A stretch of 63,986 nucleotides of DNA, the filler included, from Octopus bimaculoides (Eukaryota): assembly GCF_001194135.2 (NCBI RefSeq). It is 6 parts of 6 records of this genome, joined end to end, with 100 filler letters (N's around TTAATTAATTAA, not from the genome) between each part and the next. Parts side by side here need not be neighbours in the genome. Positions count along the whole stretch, not along the records: positions 32,277 to 56,319 come from NC_069008.1; 5 more parts are not named here. One strand, 5' to 3'. Positions 39,606 to 51,263 of the stretch are shown here, piece after piece. Each line of letters opens with the position of its first letter. Position 1 is the stretch's first letter. The notes beneath the pieces were generated by a model. That model was given only the letters and a program-made list of their open reading frames with translations, was not told the origin of the DNA and searched no databases. The translations under genes and the position numbers were made by a program.

Positions 39606-42600
39606 CTGCAAAAACAACAAGAGATGGTTGAGGGCCCCGAAATATTTAAGGACAAAACACTTACATACATTACAGATACAAACCAGACAACGGACTAAGT
39701 GTAAAAAGAGTGTGTGTGTGTGTGTTTAATCATTATCATTGTGATCTGTAAAGTGGTTGGTGTCAGGAAGAGCATCCAGCTGTAAAAATTCTGCCAAAAC
39801 AGTCACAGAAGTCTGGTGCAGACTTCAGCCTGGCTGGCGCTTGTGGAACCGTCCTACGCATGCTAGCATGGAAAGGTGGACATTAAACAATGGTGATGGT
39901 CGTAATCATGATCAGCATCGCCATCATTTAACGTCCATTGTCCATGCTGGCATGGGTTGGATGGTTTGACCAGGGCTAGCATGCTGGCAGGCTGCACCAG
40001 ACTCCAGTCTGATTTGACATGGTTTTCTACAGCTGGATGCCCTTCCTAACATGCCAACCACACTGAGAGTGTAATGGGTACTTTTACGTGCTACCGGCAC
40101 GGGTGCCATTTGTGAAAGACCAACAAACGCCCACCTTGACGACAGAGGGTCGATAAAAAGGGAAAGAAGTTGGCTAAATCTAATTTAAACATTAGCCTCA
40201 GAAACAGCCACTACATTGTTGATGAGACTATTATGATCAAAATAGCAGCCAAATCTCCCTAAAAACACACCTTACGACAGAAAAAAACCTAGTCTCTTGT
40301 ATACAGGACATATTAGATATAAACAGGATTTTGTTAGTTACCCGGTACTTCAAGTTGGTGCTTTTGTCAATCTGCTCAGTCGTGTCATCAAGGGTAGCCT
40401 TTAGCTCGTTACAGTCGACTTGTCGGACTTCTAATTCATCACCACAAACGTTCTGCTTTTGTTGGAGCTCCTCGAGGTCTTGAGCCAAGTTACTGGTTTC
40501 CTGTTAAACACAAACAGTAGGAATATAAGCACTTGACATACATGTGTATACACACTTTTAAAAACAAGCAACATTGATCGAAGACCTCCAATAAAAACAT
40601 CAATTTGGTGCCACCATAACAGACCTGATATTGTTCTATGGGGGAAGGAACAAAAGCCATGCATTGCCGTAGGGGTCAGCTGCCCAGGGGATGGGAATAT
40701 ACAACCAAAAATCCAGGAAAAAAAAAAGAGAACATCTATGCTGAACTATTGAGAAGTCTGCAGTTACTTTATCCAGATTACAAGTTCAGGTTTATACCTG
40801 TAATTATTGGGGCCCTGGGATAGGTAGCATAATGCCTAAATACCAATCTTGAGAAATTAGGCTTTTCAAAACCAGAAAGGAGAAAGCTAATTCAAAGACT
40901 ACAGATTCAAGCAATCACTGGAACTGTGAAAATCTGTAAAACTTTCCAGAAGTTTATCATTTAAATATATATATGAGCATGTCTAGATATGTAGCTATAT
41001 GCATGAGAATACATACATAAAGCAAAACATACAAATCTGCACATATATATATACATACATACTTCAAGAAAACCCCTACAGACAAAGTTGACAATATTGA
41101 GACCCAAACCAGCAAGATATTGTTTTATAGAAGCACGAGGAAGAGATTCTGTTGCAGAAATCAACTGCCCTCAGGACACTAATGTGGCTAGAAAAATACA
41201 AGAGCAAAAGGACATTTATGAACCATTAAGGGGTCCGCACCGAAGATACACACCTGTCTTCGTCTTTTGTTTTTTTTGTGTCTGTGTCTGTCCCCACCAC
41301 CATCACTTGACAACTGATGCTGGTGTGTTTACGCCCCCGTAACTTAGCGGTTTGGCAAAAGAGGCCAGATAGAATAAGTACTAGGCTTACAAAGAATAAG
41401 TCCTGGGGGTCGATTTGTTCGACTAAAGGCGGTGCTCCAGCATGGCCGCAGTCAAGTGACTGAAACAAATAAAAGAATAAAAAAAACTACTTGAAGACCT
41501 TCGATGGTGGCTGTGGGTCAGTCAGGGTCACATCGACTGACCTTCTGTATTTGGGAAGTGAGGAACAGATAGGGGATGAGGTGGGCAGTGGAGGTGGGCA
41601 TGGGTGGAGGGGAGGGACGGACAGTCGTTGGGGGTTCGCATCCACTCACCTTCTGTATTTGCTTGATCTTCTTCTTGGTCTCGTTGAGTATTTTGTTCAG
41701 TTTCCCCTTGGTCAACGGCTTCCTGGACTGCTGGATATCCCCCAGCGTATCGATGTTATCACGCCTGAAATTACAACAACAATCTGCTACAACAGAACCC
41801 TAACATGGATCCCTAGATCCAGCCTCAGCCGTGATCTTGGGACCTAATGGTTGACCTACTATACCACTTAGCGTACCTATTCGTTTAGATCATAAATGAA
41901 CTAAACCCCTCATATTCTATATATATAAGCGTGGAGTGTCTGCGGAGTCCTCAGCCACTTGCACATTAATTTCACAAGCAAGCTGTTCGATTGATCGGAT
42001 CAACTGGAACCCTTTTCGTCATAACCAATGAAGCGCCATCTCTCTCTCTCTCTGTCATATATCATCATCATCATCATCATTTAACATCCATTGTCTATGC
42101 TGCCATGGGCTGTCATGCTGGAAGGCTGCACCTGATTTGAAATGGTTTTCTACAGCTGGATGCCCTTCCTAGAAAACCATGCTAAATCAGTCTGGGTCCT
42201 GGTGCAGCCCAGTCAAACCGTCCAGCTCATGCCATATATATCTATATATATTTCTATACAAAGGGCTTCTTTTAGTCTCCATCTACAAAATCCTCTCACA
42301 AGGCTTTGGTCAACATAAGGCTATAGTAGAAGACACTTGCTGCCCAAGGAGCCACGGACAAGCAGTGGAAATGAACTGCAGACTGAGTGGTTGCAAATCA
42401 AAATACATCTTACCTGGATAAGAATCTCTCGGTGTCCTGAATCATGTAGTTTTGTTGCCGCATCAACTGTGAGAACCTCATCTCCATCCGGTGGATCTCA
42501 GACTTCATCGATCTGATCTCTCCTTGCTGGAAATCAGCGTCGACGGCACTGCGCGTTTCTTTCAGGATCTGGATCTTCCTCTCGACAAGCATGATCTGTT

Positions 42601-43278
42601 GACTGCAACAAGTGGCGACACCAATGGGGGTTAACATAGAAACAGCAACAACAACAACGACATGTGATTATCGCAATAGTCATGACAAAAGGGGTGGTCA
42701 GATGTAAGGTGTGTGTGTGTTTGTGTGCATGTATGTATAATGTGCGTAATTGTGTGTATGTATAATGATGTGTGTATATAGTGACACATACAGTAACGTG
42801 ACTATGGGTGTGTATATAGTAACATTGTGCATTCAGTGATGTATGTATGTGTGTGTAAACACACACACACAAACAAACACAAATATATACCCTACCACGA
42901 ACACACACACATATATATTTACACACACACACACACATATATATGCGTATGTGTAGTAATTTGTGTATAACTATTGTGTATATAGTGACTGCTGAATATA
43001 GTGATGGCTGTGTATAATGATGTGTGTATGTGTGTATAAAGAAATGTATATATAAGTGGTATGTATGTATGTGTGTACATATATACGCATATATAACCAA
43101 ATAAAGGTAATACACTTCATTAAGGAATCATAAATCTAAAGATTTCTGAATCGAAACAGCTGTCAGTTTCTGCCTATCAAATCCACTCCCAAGGCTTTGG
43201 TCAGCATGAGGCTGGTGCCACTCAGTGGGACTGAACCTGGAACCATGTGGTTGGGAAGCAAGCTTCTTACCACACAGC

Positions 43279-43320
<42 letters not shown>

Positions 43321-44743
43321 CAGACAGCTGTGTGCAATGTTTTACCAAAAAGGAAAACTATAATTGTCACTAAACATGACCAGGGCGATAGAACACCTAC
43401 ATTGCTAGAAATAAGAGCTAAAAACCTATAACGCTGTAGTTAAAGCCCATAATTGTATACATTTATAGAGTCAACGACGGCAATCACCCAAAAACACCAG
43501 CTGAGAAAAAAAAAATATATATATATATATAAAATGATGTGTGTATATATTTAGAAGTGTATATAGGTCGACAGTGATGTGTGTACTTTGTAATAATGAA
43601 CCCAGGAATACCTCATTGTACCCAAAGTACCCTTCTCACGTACTCACTTCCCTCCATGGTACCCTCTTATAGTCTGTTAACTCTCTCCCTTCACCTCTAT
43701 CGCACACTCCCTGGTATCATTGTCTCGCTTCGGCTCCTTAATTTACTCACTCTGTCTCCACTATGTTCTGCAGCAAATCTTCTTTCTCGTCCTTCACCTG
43801 CTCCAGCTTGGACTGTAGCTCGACCAAGTTCATCTTCTCTTCCTGGCAGGAGAAACAACAACAACAAGGAAAGATACATTGGATAATGTAGTCCTAGATA
43901 CACTATGTCTAAATAAAAAATGGGATGGTCATGGCTGGAACGTTTTTGATCATAGGTCTGCTGGATCAAGGCTAACCTGGGGTTAAACAACAAAGGACAC
44001 ATTAGACAATGTAGTCCTAGATACACTGTGTCTGAATAAAAGATGGGATGGTCACAGTTGAAACGTTTTTGATCATAGGTCTACTGGATCGGGACTGACC
44101 TGCGGTTAAACAACAGCAACAACAGAGGACACATTAAATAATGTAGTCCTAGATACATTATACCTGAATAAAAGATGGGATGGTCATGGTGGGAAAAAAC
44201 TCTTGATCATAGATCTGTAGGATCAGAAGCTGATCTGTAACTAAGCAACAAGGAAGGGCACATTAGATAATGTAGTCCCAGATACACTATGCCTGAATAA
44301 AAGATGGAGTGGTCACAACTGGAACGTCTCTGATCATAAGTCTACAGGATCAGGACTAACCTGTGACTAAATAACAACAACAAAGACGGACACATTAGAT
44401 TATGTAGTCCTAGATACACTATGTCTGAATGAAAGTCAGGATGGCCACATCTGGAACCCCCCTTGATCTTCTGGACCGTAACAACAACGAGAATGGCACC
44501 GTACCTTTAGTGTTGCAATGAAGTCCTTCTCCAGGATGTTGATGCTGTGGTCCACATCCCCGACCAGGTTCAGCTCCTTGTGGATCATGTCGTTTAGTTT
44601 AACGATGTCGTTAAGGCAATGCTTGATGCTTCGGTTCAGGTCGGCCTTCACACAGTTCTGCTTGTTGAGTTTCTCTGTTGGGACAAACAGACACGAGAGA
44701 GAGAGGTTAGTGGTGGTGGTGGTGGTTGTGGTCTTGGTGATGA

Positions 44744-44785
<42 letters not shown>

Positions 44786-45927
44786 TGACTATGATGATGA
44801 CAGTGATAACAACAATAACACCAACAACAATAATTAAAAACAAAATCCAGGTGACAGGTGAGAAGCCACAACAGTAGANNNNNNNNNNNNNNNNNNNNNN
44901 NNNNNNNNNNNNNNNNNNNNNNNNNNNNNNNNNNNNNNNNNNNNNNNNNNNNNNNNNNNNNNNNNNNNNNNNNNNNNNNNNNNNNNNNNNNNNNNNNNNN
45001 NNNNNNNNNNNNNNNNNNNNNNNNNNNNNNNNNNNNNNNNNNNNNNNNNNNNNNNNNNNNNNNNNNNNNNNNNNNNNNNNNNNNNNNNNNNNNNNNNNNN
45101 NNNNNNNNNNNNNNNNNNNNNNNNNNNNNNNNNNNNNNNNNNNNNNNNNNNNNNNNNNNNNNNNNNNNNNNNNNNNNNNNNNNNNNNNNNNNNNNNNNNN
45201 NNNNNNNNNNNNNNNNNNNNNNNNNNNNNNNNNNNNNNNNNNNNNNNNNNNNNNNNNNNNNNNNNNNNNNNNNNNNNNNNNNNNNNNNNNNNNNNNNNNN
45301 NNNNNNNNNNNNNNNNNNNNNNNNNNNNNNNNNNNNNNNNNNNNNNNNNNNNNNNNNNNNNNNNNNNNNNNNNNNNNNNNNNNNNNNNNNNNNNNNNNNN
45401 NNNNNNNNNNNNNNNNNNNNNNNNNNNNNNNNNNNNNNNNNNNNNNNNNNNNNNNNNNNNNNNNNNNNNNNNNGTCCAGCACTTACGTTCCGTCCGTATC
45501 TTCTTCTGCGTGTGAATGATCAACTCCTTCTTCGAGCTGTCCATCTTCTCCACCTGCTCCTCCCTCTCCTTCAACACGTCCACCAAACCACGCTGCTTCT
45601 GCAGCCACATCTGTTGCATGGTGGTGATGTTCTGGTCAATCTCGTCGATCGACTTCTGCAGTGACCGTATTGTGGAGTCCAGGGGACCGAGTTCGATGCC
45701 CTGAAAGAAAACAAGAAAAGCATCACAGTTGGAAACAAACATTAAAATGGGATCTTTGGGGACCAAAGGAATACCCATGTGGTCGCACGGTAAGGAGCTT
45801 GCCTCGCAACCACATGGTTCTGGGTTCAGTCCCACTGCATGGCACCTTGGGCAAATGCCTTCTTCAACAATAGCCTCAGGCCAACCAAAGTGGATTTGGT
45901 AGACAGAAACTGAAAGAAGCCCATCAT

Positions 45928-45997
<70 letters not shown>

Positions 45998-46717
45998 GAC
46001 AGGCTTCTTTCAGTTTCCATCTACCAAATCCACTCACAAGGCTTTGTTCAGCCTGAGGCTATAGTGGAAGACATTTGCCCAAGGTGCCACGCAGTAGGAA
46101 TGAACCCAGAACCATGTGGTTGGGAAGCAAGCTACTTACCACACAGCCACGCCTATATTTTTCACTTGTGTACATTCATTAGGCAATGGCCATGCTGGGG
46201 CATCACCTTGAAGAATTATCACAGGTCTACTGGATTACACCTGATGACTACACCTGGATTACACCTGAAGCTAAACAACAGCAACAACACTGATAATGTA
46301 CCTTTACGTGGTATTGTCACGGAAGCTTTTTACAAGGTACCAGTACCAACGACGCCGCAAGATTGAAAATGCTCAGCTGGAGAGGAACGCAGGGGACAAG
46401 CCCGACACCTTTATTAATTTACTTAATTACTTACACCTGCTTTGTTAATGAGTTGTTCCAGTTTCTTCTGGCAGGTGTCAACCATATTCTGCTTCCTGTT
46501 GACGAGGAGGCTGCGCCGAACAATCTCCAAGTCGCACTGGTCGATAATTTTGTTCTTGTTGTTAATCTCGATCTCGTATTCTGCGAGGAGAATCTCAAAA
46601 TGCTTCTTCTGTGATTTCAGGGATGTCATACTGAGTAAGATGCGGGAATAATCATTCTCAAGGCATGTTTTGGACGCCATCTGGTGAGTAAAAAAGAGAC
46701 ACATATGTAGGTGTGTG

Positions 46718-46779
<62 letters not shown>

Positions 46780-49700
46780 CATATGTGCGCGTGTGTGTAT
46801 GTATTTGTATATATACGAGGGGGTGCCGAAAAGTTCCAGGCTTTAAGGATATCACGAAAGTCCCAGTTGGGGACCCAACCTTCCAGGTTCTTTTACAGGG
46901 CTTAGAAAAACTGAAGGGACCCCTGCAATAAGTGTGTGAATCTGAGAAGGGAATATGTTGAATAAAACCATAATTAAGTGATCCTTTTCTATTTTGTTTT
47001 ACCCCAAATCAAGAACTTTTCAACACCCCCTTGTATATATACATACATACATAAGTGTATATGCAAAGAGTGCCGAAAAGTTCCTGGCTTTTAAGGGTGT
47101 CATGAAAGGCCTGGTTGGAGACCCAACCTTTTGAGTTCTTTTATAGGGTTTAGGAATAAGGACCACTGCAATAATTGTGTGAATTTGAGAGGGGAATATG
47201 TTGAAATACCGCTAAGTATTTTGCCCAGCATTGCTAACGTTTCTGCTTAGCACACAATCACTCCTGTGCCTATAATATATACAATGGGTTTCTTTCGGTT
47301 TCCGTCCACCAAAAAATCAACTCACAAGGCTTTGGTCAGCCTGAAGCTATAGTAGAAGACACTTGCCCACAGTGGGACTGAACCTGGAACCATGTGGTTG
47401 GGAAGCAAGCTTCTTACCACACAACCATACCAGCACCTATATAAACATACACACACAGAAACATATATATGTATAGACTTTACCCACATTGATGCTTGTG
47501 TGTGTATGCGCATGTGTGTGTGTGTGTGTGACAGTTAAACACAGAACGAGGGGTGTGGTCTTACCAATTGCTCAATTACGATCCTATTCTGGGAAGTCAG
47601 TTTATTCACATATTTCGCTGATTTTTCCATCATCAATTGGGTGTTGATCTTATCCATTATTTGCCCTTCCAGAATCCTTGTCTTGTTCACCTGATTCTCA
47701 AAATCCTTCCTCATTTTCACCAACATATCCTCCATGTTCGATTTGAACTGTACAACGAAATAACAAAGAGACACAAGTAAATGAAGTTTCTGTTTTTTAA
47801 TAGAAATTCTTAATTTTTATGACTTTGGTAGGAAGTCAATTTCCCACCATGTGTAATGTCTCTTTTAAAACTTTTATCGCTGTGGGATACAAAAGGAAGT
47901 CTTTCCAAGAAGTAAATTGGCAAAACCAAATTTACTCTTTTAGTTGTTTCAGTCATTGGACTGCGGCCATGCTGGAGCACCGCCTTTAATTTGATAACAA
48001 TAGAAGCAAACCTGAAAAAAATATGACATGTATAATAGCAATGAAAAAGGTCCCTGTCCATTAAGGTACAACATGCATTATCGTGGCACTCTGTCGGTTA
48101 CAATGACGAGGGTTCCAGTTGATCCAATCAACGGAACAGCCTGCTCGTGAAATTAACGTGCAAGTGGCTGAGCACTCCACAGACACGTGTATCCTTAACG
48201 TAGTTCTCGGGGATATTCAGTGTGACACAGAGTGTGACAAGGCTGACCCTTTGAAATACAGGCACAACAGAAACAGGAAGAAAGAGTGAGAGAAAGTTGT
48301 GGTGAAAGAGTACAGCAGGGTTCGCCACCAGCCCCTGCTGGAGCGTCAAGGAACTTTAGATGTTTTCGCTTGATAAACATTCACAATTCCTGGTCTGGGA
48401 ATCGAAACCGCGATCTTATCACCGCGAGTCCGCTGCCCTAACCACCGGGCCATTGTGCTTCCACACATGCATCATAGAGATAGTCTGAAAGGGTTAACAT
48501 TATTTTAGGATATCGGGGGACAAACAAGGGCAAGCATTATTGCATTATCTCACTGCATTTGTCCTGAGAAGATTCTCTTCAGTTTCCTTCAGTAGCTGAC
48601 TGTACGTGGAATATTGCATCTTCAGCTCCTCGTACTTCTGTACGGTGTTGTTCAGCTGTTCCCGTATCATGTCCACCTCACGTTGGCCCTTGTTCAGGAT
48701 CTGGGTCAGCTTCTCGTTCTCCTGTTGCTCCTGCATTGTGGACTTCTTGTAGCCGTACACGTCGCTCTTTAGGACCATCATCTGCTCTTGAAGTTGCCTG
48801 GAATGGAGAGAGAGAGAGAGAGAGAGAGAACAAGAGGAGAGTAAGTGAGAGAGGGGGTGAGAAAGAAGGCAAAAAGTAAGTCAGAGATGGGGTGAGGGCG
48901 AGAGAGAACAAGTAAGAGAAGGAGATTAGGAGAGAGAGAGAGAGAGAGATGAGGGAGAAAGGGTGAGAGTGAAGGTGAGAGAGAGAGGGGAAAGAGGATG
49001 GGAGAGAGAGAATGAGAGAGGGAGGGAGAGAAAGAATGAGAGAGGGAGGGAGAGAGAATGAGAGAGGGAGGGAGAGAGATGAAAGAATGAGAGGGGAGGG
49101 AGGGAGAGGATGAAAGAGAATGAGAGGGAGAGAGAGAGAGAGTGAAAGAGAGGAAGCAAACAAGAGAGAGAGCAGGTAAGAGGTGGGATGGTCATGCTTG
49201 GAACCTGTCTGATATCATAGGTCTGCTGGATCAGAGCTAGCCTGAGGCTAAACAACAAGGAAGGACACAATAGATAGCATTTAAAGAGGGGATGGCCATG
49301 GTAGGAACACTTTGGATCGTTGGTCTACTGGCAGCAGTACTACACACGTGCACACTGCCCTCTTCCCACACACCACTACAACCTCCAGCACCACCACCAC
49401 CACAACCACTACTACTACTAATACCACCACCACCACCACCACCACCACCACACTTACCTGAGAGCGTCCAGTGCGGCCGAATAAGCTTCGTCCCTCTTCT
49501 TCATCCCCAGCAGACTTTTGCTCCAATTGTGGTTGATGAGTTTTTTTTCTTGGTTGATCAGCTGACAAAGACAAACAGACAGACAGACTTAGTACAAGCC
49601 CATAGCTGTTTGAAATAGGGACCAGACGAACCAGTGAGAGAGCTTCTATGTAATCCCTTGACCTCACACAATGTAACGGTCAAATCTCCCATCAAAAAAA

Positions 49701-51232
49701 CACTCTGCTCCCTTTAATCCTTCAGTATCTCAACCAGCCAGATCCAGCCTCTCATACCTACCCTACAATGTCGTTCTAAAAATAAACAAGTGCATTATCG
49801 AAACCCCAAAATACCCTGTAGCACGTAAACTGGCAATATCTGGCCCAACCTGTTTTATGGTCAAACTGGCCAAATCCAGCCTCTCACACCTACCTGCAAT
49901 GTCATTGTAAAAATAACTGTAGTGAAGCGTGTTCTTTGAACTTTGGGCCTCATGGAGACAGTGACAAGTGACCGAGACCTTTGGCGCTATGCTTGTGCCT
50001 GAGAAGACGCGTCACATCAAGTGAAATCGTAGTAATGGCCAATGCCAATGTTGCTTATCTGGCACCCGTGCCGGTGGCACATGAAAGCACCTGTGCTGGT
50101 GGCACATAATAGCATCTGCGCCAGTGGCTTCCCAACCATATGGTTCTGGGTTCAGTCCCACTGTGTGACACCTTGGGCAAGTGTCTTCTACTATAACTTT
50201 AGGCCAACCAAAGCCTTGTGAGTAGATTTGGTAGAAGACGGAAACTGAAAGAATCCCTTCATATATGTGTGTGTATGTTTTTGTCCCCCACCACTGTTTG
50301 GCAACCGGTGTTGGTGTGTTTATACCCCTGCAACTTAACAGTTCAGCAAAAGAGACCGATAGAATAACTACCAGGCTTAGAAAAACGAAATAAGTCTTGG
50401 GGTCGATTCATTTGGCTAAAACCTCTTCAAGGCCAAGCCCCAGCATGGCCACAGGCTAACGACTGAAACAAGTGAAGGCTAAAAGATAGACATAAGACCT
50501 TCTAAACAACTTCAACAAATCTCTGAGTTTGTTCACTTATCCAACCCACACACTCAGCCAAAATTAACAGCAGCAGTAGTAGTAGTTGATGGAGAGAAGG
50601 AGGTGTCTGTACTCACCGACAGCTGTAGTTCAGCATCGTGGAGAATGTTCCGGATGTTCTTCGTCTCCTCCAGCTGTAACTTGTACTGAGTGTCGTAGAG
50701 TGCAATGTCATTTCGTAGTTTGTTTGTCCGTTTCACGAGTCGGTCGACGAAGAAGTCCTGTTGGCAATAGAAATCATTATTACCATCACCATCACCTCTA
50801 CTACTATTATTATTATTATTATTACGGAGATGTACTTGCATAGCAAGTGACCTGATCTGAGATCGTGTGCTGGAACGAAAACAAGTGCAGCGTGGAAGAT
50901 GTTTATAAGTCATTTAAGAAACACACAAAAAAACGTTAGATTCACTTCAACATTTAAATTTTATTTGCCAAAATATTTTCGATGCTTTGAGACCGCGACT
51001 TGTTCACTGACAAAATTCCATGTATTATTATTATTATTATTAAAGATGTCGCACAGCATCCAAAATCGTGATGTTGTTGATTGAAGATATTGTGTCTACC
51101 GGGGGTTTGTGCTGTTTGTCAAGTCACAACAAGGATCTCAGACAGACAGCACTTCATGCAATATGCATATTATTATCACTATTATTATTATTATTATTAT
51201 CATTATTATTATTATTATTATCGTTATTATTA

Positions 51233-51263
<31 letters not shown>

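Noticed and set aside
42630-42643. X-box-like GTTAACATAGAAAC near exon 14
   Set aside because: Mismatch in a core position and located in the splice acceptor region; likely chance.
48380-48465. tRNA-like sequence on the - strand
   Set aside because: Has A and B boxes but no proper acceptor stem and continues into a repeated SINE body, so it is a SINE head rather than a tRNA gene.
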